Source of the DNA: Catajapyx aquilonaris
Lineage: Eukaryota
DNA length: 64,000 bases
Assembly: GCA_000934665.2 (NCBI GenBank)
Contig: KZ538157.1
Location: 1-64,000 of the forward strand
Reading direction: 5' to 3'
Below are positions 12,508 through 23,900 of this stretch, one piece after another. The translations under genes and the position numbers were made by a program. Below the pieces are notes generated by a model, which saw nothing but the letters and a program-made list of their open reading frames with translations, ran no database searches and had not been told where the DNA came from. Every line of letters starts with the position of its first letter. Positions within the stretch are counted from its first letter, which is position 1.

Positions 12508-14420
12508 GGGTTTAAAAATAACACCCGGTATCAATTTCGCACATCTTAAAGTTATGACACAGATACATGGTGCACTTGGTTGCACTGAAAGTAAGGCTGA
12601 AGCAGGAAAGCTGCAAGAACATTAACGAAAGTTGCAACACTAGTTCTTCGAAAAGTGAAATCTGTCTCATTCTGCCTGCTTCTCCAACCTTTTTTTTTGT
12701 TTCACCTTCTACCTCCATGGCAACTTAAGCCGATCCATAATGTAGCGTAGTGATTGCCAAGTTCCGTATTGTTCACGCCTTTGGATATATAACACAACAA
12801 GATGGCGATAAACATAGATGGAACGAGGAAATGTATTTAAGTTAATAATAATTATGCACGGATGAAAACCTATTTCGGTCTAGTTTTTGTTCGTTATTTT
12901 TGTCTTGTTTTCAGCCAAGTGCCCTCTAGTGTGTCCAAAGTTGTACAACTGTAGGAGGAAATCCTTTGATGTTTTCCGGATCAAAACCGGCTAGTCGGGA
13001 CACGTACTGATCAGCATGTCAAGAGGACCACTCTTCCTTTCACCTTCAGCAGGTGCTGTAGGTTAGCAAGGGTATAAAATATGTGATGGTACTTGATGTC
13101 GAGACGATGTGACTGGTATAAACGGCCTTGAAATGGCCTTTTTAGATTGGTGGGAGTTAGGGGGAAGGAGGAGAAAAAACAAGTTCAAACAAAGAACATT
13201 AGGGAAGGAGGGAAACCACAAAATTATGGACTGTCATCAAAATATGGTAGCTAAATCATGTAGTGAAACTACACCGGGAAGCAGGTACCGGTATGGAAAT
13301 TTGTAGGCTAACCAGTACATAAAATATTACGCAATAGACAAAAATGAAAATGCAGGAAAACTCATCACAACAGGCAGTAATCCCGAGGCTGTCATAAAAA
13401 TTCTATGCTTCACTAGGAAATAAGCAAAAAAGGGTCGAAATAAACACACAACTGCCATCCACAGTGTTTCATAAATTTATACATGGATTTGGAAAGCTTA
13501 TTTAATGGGTTTTCCCATGAAGTGTGTAACTCACTGCAAAATTGAAGGTGATGCGACAGGAGCGAGAGGATTGGCAACACATTGGACCAAGTGTATTATG
13601 CAAAGAATAAACATTGAACACAAAGGAAATGTACACACTACACATGACCAAGAGGCTGACTAACTGGCTAAACTGACCTGAGGCGATTAGGCACCATGTA
13701 TGACGCAATATTATCAGGAAAGAACGGTACCTATTATTAGCTATTTTTGGCAATTCTCAAGAATTTTAATATGCCCTAGATAATGTGGAAATTGACAATA
13801 TGTGCTTTTTCGAGGTTATGGATGACGGGTAAACTCAGCCATATGTACAGTACCGGTACTTATAGTAATGAGTCAATCATGCTTGTGCTGCCGTCGTCAC
13901 GCCCACCGCGTCCAGAAGGGTATGTATCTCTAGTGTAAACTGCACATTACTTGATGCCAGTGTAGGTGAAATGGACAATTAGCGTATGTAAACAACCTTC
14001 ATGAATATAAGGTGGGAGTCAGCCAACGTGACAGCACGCTACAGTAGGGGCGGAGAGAGGACTTGGCAAAACCTGAAATAAAATCTATGACATTACTAGG
14101 ATGTCATAGACCGCTTAATCAGTTGACGTCCGCGATGTCCATTACAGTGACATAATTTATTTTGACAGTTTATTGCCTGAAAGTACGTACAATTCTTGTG
14201 CAGGTATGAAGTGCCACAACTGCGACCTTATATCTTTGAAAGGACAGGAACCGGATGTGAGTTAGCGTTCAACAACAGCAACAACAACATCAACAACAAT
14301 CAACCGAAAAAACAACCGACAGCACCAGAGATTACGTGTGTGTTTTTTCCTTTCACTTTTTTTAAATTTTTTTAACGAAGATGAATCAACCTGTGAACAC
14401 TAGCGATGATTACGTCATTA

Positions 14421-14675
14421 CAGGGCCGGATTTACTATTAGGCCGAAAATACCATGACATTTTCGAGCCTACATGAGCTGTACAAGCATGTCAGTGTTCT
14501 GCCACGCTATTCTTACGCAACTGGAGACATTTCTTCTTTCAAATATATGCAAAATCGGGAACAAACATTATATGCAACATTTTCCCCTATTCTGATAGAA
14601 GGTCTCCCGAGAGCAAGCAACATAGAAGAGTGGTAAATGGCCAGAAAGGAGCGGGGGGAAATAAATCCGGCCCTG
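14421..14675. mobile_element. Short TIR element (hAT-like termini) 135 bp downstream of the rapsyn stop
   Basis: Perfect 14-bp TIR CAGGGCCGGATTTA / TAAATCCGGCCCTG; TSD not clean. Confidence 0.7.
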
Positions 14676-14809
14676 ACATCATGTGACTAATAATAATAAT
14701 AATGTTACTGGGTCTTCAGCGGCGTATATGGATGGACAGGGGGTGAGCAAAAGGAAGGTCACCATTGGATGATGAGAGGTGATGAAGAAGAGCGAGTGAG
14801 CGACGGCTG

Positions 14810-14981
14810 TCACAGGCTGAGCTCCCGGACGGCGGTGTCGGCATCGAGACGTCGGTCGAAGGCTGCCCGTACCTCGTCGTAGCAGCTGATGGTCACTCGA
14901 GAAGCGGTGTTGTATCGGCAGGCAGGGCATGCTCTCTTGCGACGGCGACGCTCGCGGGGTCGGGCCCACTCTCGGGCGCAT
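14810..14981 (-). CDS. RAPSN: Rapsyn terminal exon (end of RING-H2; frame not in ORF track)
   Basis: ctgacag|A; CAREWARPRERRRRKRACPACRYNTASRVTISCYDEVRAAFDRRLDADTAVRELSL then TGA. Confidence 0.9.
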
Positions 14982-17900
14982 CTGTCAGGTCATAGGGTAT
15001 GGGGTCAACAGTCCAGAAAATGCATATCAGGATATTAACATCCGCACAGGCAAATAACCACAGGGCCAGGTGAAAGTTGCTGTGGTGACTACACTCATTA
15101 AGTAATCCTTGATAATCCAGAGTAATTCGCGGTAAGCCAGGATAATCCATGAATAGTAATCCAGGTGTACACTATGTCAGGCTGGTGCACTGCCCAGTTC
15201 AACATGGGGTAGGTGAAGAAATTATGGATCAGCTCGGCTACTATTTAAAGAGAAGCAACCAATCCAGCTTGTGACTTGAATAATATGCATAAGGCGCAAA
15301 TTTTGCTGTCCTAAAAATAATCATTTACACACACGCCCAGGTATACATAGGCCTACAGAATAACGAGCATCACTCCAAGGGTGCAACGTTTGCTGGGGAT
15401 GACACAGTGCTGTAGTTTCGACCAAAACCAAAATGGTGGTCCTTCATCAAAAGTGAAAGTGTTATTGGGCCGTTTCTCCTGGCGAAGTCGACTATACAGT
15501 ATATATGACATGCACTGCAACACGTAGCTGGCCATGCTTGAGCTGTTCGTCACCACACAGCTGCTGGCGGACTTGCAGCAGCATGGCGCCTCTCCCTCCA
15601 ACCCCTGCCTCCCACTGCTCCCACCCCCACTTTGCCGCATTGGGAAGTTTGGCAATGAGCGAATTTTTACATCCTGGCGGAAAATTATGGTAGGCTCAAG
15701 TGTGCCAGATGGGAACGTGAAACATTTTCCACTTCAACTTATGTTACATATAGTTACGTAAAGGCCACTAGCAATGGCGCAGTGGTATCATTTGAAGCCC
15801 AACTAGAAAACCACGTTTTGATTTCCGGGGAGGTGGTATTTAGCTGGGAAGTTTTCGGTTTGCATACAGCTCTTCTGGCAAGTTTCGGCGAATAAAGGCT
15901 GAATGGCTCGAATTTATGCATACTCCATCCTTTTAAAGGGGGTACGCTCATTATTTTATTATCTTCGCTCATTACCGGTATGCTGTGGTATGAAATATGA
16001 CTGGCCTATGCAATTGTGAATATTATGTTTTCAATAAAACAGTCATTTTGAACAAAATTCGCCATAGTGAAAATTAGGTAATTAGTCGCTTCAAATATTG
16101 CAGGTAATTGCTGGTGGAATCATGTTACGAAACGGTTGAAATGGTTTGTAAGTGATTAAGTACCCCCGAAGTGCACAATATGCATTCTGATTTGGTATAA
16201 ATAATTTGCGAACTTATGGATAACATTAACAATTAACAAGGAATTAGCGAATAATAATAATTCAGCGCCGTTTCAAAATAACACAATCGGACTTTATCAC
16301 AGGTATTCATATAAGTACTTTCCGAAACACCTTGTACAGTTATATTAAAGTCATACGGACGGAATCGTGGATTCACCGTGTATTACTACGATCGATTACT
16401 TGTTCGAGGAAGCCTTATCCGTCCAACCCAGGGCGATCCGGAATATATAATATTTGCAAGCATGACTAGAAATTATCCCGGAATCAAATGTACACTTGCA
16501 AGAGACTACCCCAAAAACTCGAGAACTTATACGGGATGTATTAGTACGGGTAGAGTAGACGGAAATTGCTCATTATACACGTCTTATACAGTAATGTACC
16601 CTTTCATTTGACATCCCTCATAATCGGATCGTGGCTTCCTGTCAGGTAAAACCAGAACATCTATTGACACCAGCTTATTCCTGTACAGCACCGCAGTGAT
16701 CTATAAGCCCAAGTATATACGTAACCTTCGACCCCAATCTGTTCTAAGCCTAGAGTGAGCCATGTCCCAAACTGCTCGACAGTCTAAGTAATGCATCTTC
16801 CCGAGTCAATGCAGTTTTCCCAACAATCCATCAAAGCTCCATTAGTCACCCCACATAATAAACCAAGCTTTCTCCGCATTCAAACGCATACAAAGTAATA
16901 AATTATTCACCCACAGGGTGAGTCACAACGCATACCTAGCGTGCAAAATATGTGCACAGGGCAGTGTTTCCAAGTGGTCGGGTTCCAAACCAAAGGGCTT
17001 CTTGCATGCACCACACTCCAGTTCCATCTCATCTTCTAGTCGTACCGCCAGCCTCTCCTCTGATTTCTGTCTCTCTTGATCCCCCAAGCTCTGGTAAATG
17101 GCTCCAAGGCGGAGATGGGCTGCCCTTAGCACCAACTGTAAACCCATACCCCTTGTCATTGCTTAACACTTTCCAGGTCATATTAGGGTGGGCCGCCCCG
17201 GTGTGTAGGGTTNCAGGGGAAAGGGGGGGAAGCCTCGCAGGGCATTTATTGATCGGACCTTGTACGAAGCCAGCTGATGCTGACAGAAGCTATTCTCTGG
17301 ACCACCTAAATATACTTGGTCAGTGTGGTTGACCAAGTTTGAACCTGGATCAGAAATTGGATTTTTCAATTTTATTCAATTTTTGTTAAAAAAAGTGGGG
17401 TCCATGGCAGCATGCAAAGGAGCGGGGCTTCATATTTCCAGCAATTTTCACACTGTTTTCAGCCCAATTTCCCACCCAACTCGGCCCACCCAACGTCAAA
17501 CTACCTCACTCTTAATTCATCCACACTTAACCGTGAAATCCGCCACATTTTGCTCATTAGCTGGGCTGGCGTCGAAAATGAAGCTGGCTGAGGAAATGGT
17601 TCAAAGCTATGCAAATAAGGCGGCGGCACAATGGGGCGCAAAATGGAACAAACCCGGGATCACTGGATGTTACATGCAGGTGCCGGAAGCTGATGTAAAA
17701 TGCGGGCACTGCTACTTTTATATGTAACTGCTACCCCACTGCTGGTTACCTAATCCGGATCAAGATATAACTCGAACAGTGAATCCCCCCACATTAAAAA
17801 TTATTTAAATACACTGTACTCCCGATTATCCGGGTGATGAGTATTACTGTATGAGAGTTTCGGATTATCCGTGTATGGCTAAAACAAAGAAAAGTTCGAA

Positions 17901-20900
17901 AAAAATGTCAATTTTTCTCGCAAACAAGGAAATATAACATACTTTTTCCAGAAGACAAATTAAAAATCTACGGAATTTTTCTAATTTTGATTAAATCTAT
18001 ATATAAATACAGCCGTTTGTGAGCTGTCTGTCTGTCTGTCCGCCTGGAACGCCGACCGCCATTTGCCTGCCATCTGTGGTCCGCCTAATACACCTCCAAC
18101 CTATCCCGTCCTTCCGACCCTGCCTTCCTTTAATTAAGATTCTTAATTACATGTATTTTGTTTGCCTATCCTTTTCAGCTTGCTTTCCATTCATTTCTTC
18201 CCGAGCAACGCCGGGTATCGCAGCTAGTCTTATTTAAAGCAAATTAAAATCTGTGAATAGCTCATTTTTACGGTATCTAGGGCCATTTTCAGATTATCCG
18301 TGTTTTCCTATTATCCGGCGACACCCGTGCAGCCATCATCCCGAATAATCGGGAGTAGGCTACAGTGTAAAAAATAACAAAATAACATTTAGAAAATGCA
18401 TGTTATTTTAATTTTAAAATAACAATAGTCCATATTTTTAATGTGTAGGCCTATATTGAATGGGGGTCCCCTTGAAGAAATTTTCTAACAGTGCCCAATA
18501 ATATGGGCAGAAGTTATTGCTGTAGCCAATCACAAAACATGCCAGTAAAAATACTGTTATTTTAATAAATTCCTAAGAAGAAATATTTAAACTAATTTTT
18601 ATGTCATTGTCACCAGCAGTTTCAGTCTTACTCTATATGGTTGAAATCAGCGCCATCTAGCTTTAATATTTTAAACCCCCGCCATTTTGGAACCTCAACT
18701 TCCGGTCACACTTCCGCTGCTAGATACCTTGCATCCAATGCTATTGGCCAATTCCAACAGCTGTTGGTTGAACCGGAGTGGTCTACACTCGCAAAGACGT
18801 CCCTGCCTCCTGAAGGCCTCCAGACACCTCGCCAGTCCTTCCATGGCGCCCAACTGCGCCAGACGATCTTCAGCACCAGCTGCTACCCTGGCTGCCTGCT
18901 CGTAATGACGGTACGCCAACTGTAAATGTCACCCACAAAACTTCAGCTCCAAGCCTTCGTCGTCAATGGAGACAAAAGAAGTGTTACAGAGGTGGGAGGA
19001 CTCATTAGCCATTTTGGAAGGTTGGCCGGATGGGGGGGNNNNNNNNNNNNNNNNNNNNNNNNNNNNNNNNNNNNNNNNNNNNNNNNNNNNNNNNNNNNNN
19101 NNNNNNNNNNNNNNNNNNNNNNNGGGGGGAAGGGGGGGGGGGGGGGGGGGGGGAAGGGGTTTCACTTGAAACGACGAGCGCCTCAACTTGATTACGTGTC
19201 CGTATTTTTCGCATTTTTTTGAGGAGCGAGTCGGGAAATTCGGTTTTCCGGAAGATCTGTCAACGATAACGTTTCTTGAACGACAGGGCCTCTTTTTGCA
19301 GGCTGGATATTCGCCGATTGCCATCGCTTTGCTCAACGGGCGCTTGCGAATTATGCCAATATCAAAATTCATCAGGGGAGGTCTCACAGGATTTTTTTAA
19401 AAAAATTGCCAGTCCGAATTTCCGAACGACCAACGATTACCCACAAAAAAAACAGCGGAATTCGCGTTGGGAATCTACTCTTGTGGATATAATCATTTGT
19501 TTTTTACATGTGTGACATGCACACACTGAGACCTCCACAAACACATTCTGACATCAAAGGGGAGAGAACGGGTCAGTTCCAAACGGTTGCCCCAACTGTG
19601 TAATTAGTAGTGTTTGTACTAAATTCATCCATGTCAAAACCACTGTTTGTTATCGAGCCTGCGTCATTGGCCCTTATAAGTTCCCGAAAGCAGGTATTTC
19701 CAACCCACTACTGTGTTGGTAACGATTTTACAAACATTTTTCCATAAATTAAATTGAGACACCTTAGAATTTTCCCCTATTTGCATTCATGCCCGGTAAG
19801 CGCCAAAAATATTCAAGAAGAAGCGAAATTTTGCTTGATTTGGAATTCCCGCCACTACTTAACTAATAACTTGATACGGAGTTAAGACCGCCGCCATGAT
19901 TAAGCCTCGTTGCATTATTCACGAGCCGGGTTAGAAAGACAGTCCAGCCAGTCGAGGGTATTAATTATTTAATTAATTAATCCAAGCCCAAGTTGGCATC
20001 ACTTTGCATTTCATGACTCCCCGATTAGAAATTATTTATCCGAAACAACTTGACGCCAAATCCAACTACAGCACGACCCCCATTGGAAATCGAACATGAG
20101 TCGATCCAACCTGATATGAAGCGCCCCTGGTGGTACACACATTTTATCAGGCCTAAATGCCGGTCGTTAAATTCACAAATATTAGTTAAGTTGAAGGCAA
20201 GTGCATCGCAGCTGAGACCCCACGATCGAAACGCCCCATTAATGTTCCTCCTCCCCTTAAATATGGCATTGTGTTAGAGTTCCCATGAATTATCCCCCCA
20301 AGTCCTACGCCTCCAGTATAAACAAAGATAACGAGCGTTTTCCAGGGTTCGAATCTCATTACAATAGATCCTCCTCCAACAGTATCAATAAATTTTGAGT
20401 TTGCACCAGGGTGAGTTATAGTCTCGGGATTTTGGGGATAACTACTCACCGATGTCTCTCCTTTCTGCCTGTGAATATCTCCAAGGACGGAAAGGGACCT
20501 GGAGTACAGGGATTCGTCCGAAGAAGATAAGGCCATCTTCATGCAATTCTGTGGAATAAACATATTCAGCAATTTAGTCATTTCCTCTGAATATTATTAA
20601 CTAGCTGCGGCACCAGGCGTTGCCCCGGGAAGAAATGAATGAAGGGAAAACACCTGCCAGTACCCCCGTCAACTGTCTGTCTTTCTGTGTGTCCGCCCAC
20701 CAATGCCATCTGTGGTCCTGCTATTCCAACACCTTGAACCTCTCCCGCCATCTGTAGTAAACCCCCAACACCTCCATCCTCTCCCGGCCTGAGGGTGGAG
20801 CACAGATGGCAGGAAAATGACGGTTGGCAGGCAGGCGGACAGACAGACTCCCAAACGGCTTTATTTATATAGATTAAAAAAAAACACACTGCTATCTCTA

Positions 20901-23900
20901 AACGTTATTTTTCGCATGGCCTTGCCCAGCCTCAATTAGTGTTCATCTCGATCTTTTAACCGTGTCTTCCTGATAGATGGTGCTTCGGACGTTCCCTCTT
21001 GACTAATGGCTCTCCCACCGTGTCTTTTTACAGCCAATAAAAAGAGGGGCCGTCGAAACTGATGAGAACCCGAGCTCTAATTACTCTGCTCTCTCTCAAC
21101 CCGCCCTCAACATTTCTTTTTGCCATTGCATTCATCACACTGGGGGAAAAAAACGAGAGACTAATTGCTCATTGGATCCTAACAGATTATGCATTGACTT
21201 GCTGGATAATGAGGATTAGTTGCTAGGGGGAAAAAAAACACAACTGGAAAGCTGTCAGAACCAACAGTTTGGCGGAAAACCCCGTTTTGTTTGGCGAGAA
21301 ATGAGAGAAAGCGGAGATGACAGACTAGAATCATATAGTGGGCGATTTGCATACATCATAGCAGATGACCACGGAAGCTTGGATTCAGCGGATGTTTCGA
21401 GACATATTGGGAAAATATGCCCCCGAGCCATTGACCGCAAAATGGTGCACCCAGATTGTGGCTTACATTGCAGAAATCTTTGGCTTCGTTGAGACGTCCC
21501 TGTTTCCTGAGGGCGCTGGCCAACTGCAGGAGTGCCAATCTTTGACACTTGGAGTTGAGGTCACACACTGGGAAGCTCCTGGACAGCTCGTAGGCCTTGG
21601 CAGCGAAGAAGAGGCTGTTCTCGGAGTCCTTTAGCGACCGGAAGAATTGCGCCAGGGCCACATAAATCTGCAGCTTGAGCGAAAGGTCCTCTAGAGCCCA
21701 CGCCACCTGAAAGATATGGACACCAGATGCTTCCAATCGATTATGGTAATCGCGCAAACCGCGGACGCTTTTATAGTTGGAAGCGGGTCTGCACCGCCTG
21801 ACAAAGATCAGCTATAATGTGGGACCCAAAGTAGGGTGACCAACCTTTTTCTCAAAGTGGGTCACAAGATTGATGCTTCAGACACTCCTACTTCAAGTCC
21901 ATGCATCAAGAATGGCTCTAATTGTGGAAATCGCAGTTTGCAGAAAAATCGCAATTTAGATGTTAATATTACGCGAATGGTGCCACATAAGCAATTTGAT
22001 AATATGTTGTACCTTGTACCCACACAATTAGAAGTGATTTTTATTATAAAACTGAACTATTTTGGATCGTTGATGTCCAGCCAAGTTGATTTATTATGGC
22101 AGAACATATTTAGGCAGAGAAATCAAACGCTTCCAAAGTTACAGCACCATCGATCCAGTAATTATGAAGCCCAATTCATGGAGTCAACCGCCTGGTTCAA
22201 AAGGACCCTTAATTCCGTCATGCACTATTATAGCTCATAACACTAACCGTTATTAATTAATGACATCACAATAATTTGGCTATAAAACGAATGTGTAAAC
22301 TAATAACACACACATAAGACGCAACCTCTGTGAAAAGGGGACTATTAGAAGCGTTCTAATCAGGACATATAAGCTTTAATTGACCAAGCATGGCATAGTT
22401 AAAATCATTCTATAACCGGATGTGGGCTGTGGGCTTACCTTGAGAGCCTGATTGAAACACTCCACTGCTCTATGGAAGTTGGATAGGTGCAGCTGAACCA
22501 ATCCAAGCCTGAGGTGCACCAGACCTGTCACCCTCTTCCTGGTCTCTCCTTCGATTCCTCCGACAGGGCTATGCAGGCTGTTGCAAGCTTGATCTCCAGG
22601 GCCTACCCCTAGGCCTAGGCCTAGTATATCCCCGTCTGGAGTCCCCGCCGCAGAATCTAAGAGGTCACCATCAGGGGTCGCCGCATCTTCGTCTTCCTCT
22701 CGAGCGCCTCCGAATGGACTTTCTAGCTCTTCTTCGCCCTGGAGCTCTTCCAAGGCTCGACCACCGTAAGCTAATGCTTTTTGAAGCCTGCCTAAGCCTT
22801 CATAGCCCTGAGCCAAGTTCAAGCAGGCCTCTGTCCGCCATCTTCCGCTCTCGGCTTCGTCGGCCAGGCTCAACTGCTGAAGACCAACTTCCACCATGCA
22901 CCTATCAATATGAAACAAAAATAGATACCACATTAGTGACTCCTAAACACTTATTTTGGAAATAGCGAGAGTAAAACGTCATCGCATTGAATAGCCGTTA
23001 CTTCAGAATATCGCGTCTGGGAGGTCTCAATAAAGCAGTGATGAGCACGTTGTCTTGCCTGATGCTACATTGAAGTGGTTGTGGAAAATTCCGCTATGCG
23101 GAATAACAGTAATTTCACAAAGGTACAGTACCTTGTAATTGGTTTCAAGATCGGCGGCGTAAGTCAAGGTAACGCTTTTAAACGCAACATTATTAAAGTA
23201 CACAGTGAGGAAAATTGTGCGAGAAATTTAACTAGATATTACATGTATATGCATGTAACATCGTCTAGGTTAATGCTGCAGGTTAAACGCCTTATTTACA
23301 CAACTAATGGAACGTGCTTAAAGTTGTGTAATCAATCTCATCTTAGCGTACTGTACAATGTACAAATACTGCTAAACTTTGTATTCAGGTGATTCAAACA
23401 CAATTAATACCTTCTCATCCTCTTGAAACCCCTAAAATCCCAGCCACTCACAGTGGCCCTTTGCGCATCAAGCTGTAATTCCTCATTGCGCATGCCCATT
23501 TCAGCCTTAGATAATGCACACCGCCACTCAACCGGCCGGAAACATGGCTGAATTGTGAAAAGTTGATCCATACACACCCGGACCTGTTTCAGATCAGCTT
23601 ATAATTTCAGCCCATTTTCCGATAGGTCCCCGGCGCGCAATTGAAATCCAAACATGCTGATTCGTGTGGGTCCTAAAATCCATCCAGTCAGCAATGAATT
23701 CAAACAAATGAACGTTACGTCGCGCCTCTCTCGACCAGCAAAACCGCAACGCCCAGGGATGATTTTTCCACCTGATTAATCCCCCACGTGCAATTCGGTC
23801 CGATTGGCCTCCCCATGACTTGCAAATGTAATACCAACATTACTTATTAGGTCCCCAAATTTCTACCCATCTCAGCAACTACATCATGTACCTGTACTTG

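Noticed and set aside
14679..15150. ORF-track frames overlapping the last rapsyn exon
   Set aside because: Wrong frames; the phase-2 splice selects the third frame, which completes the RING (C...CPAC)
18926..19222. ORFs spanning the N run
   Set aside because: Artefacts of the assembly gap and poly-G tract
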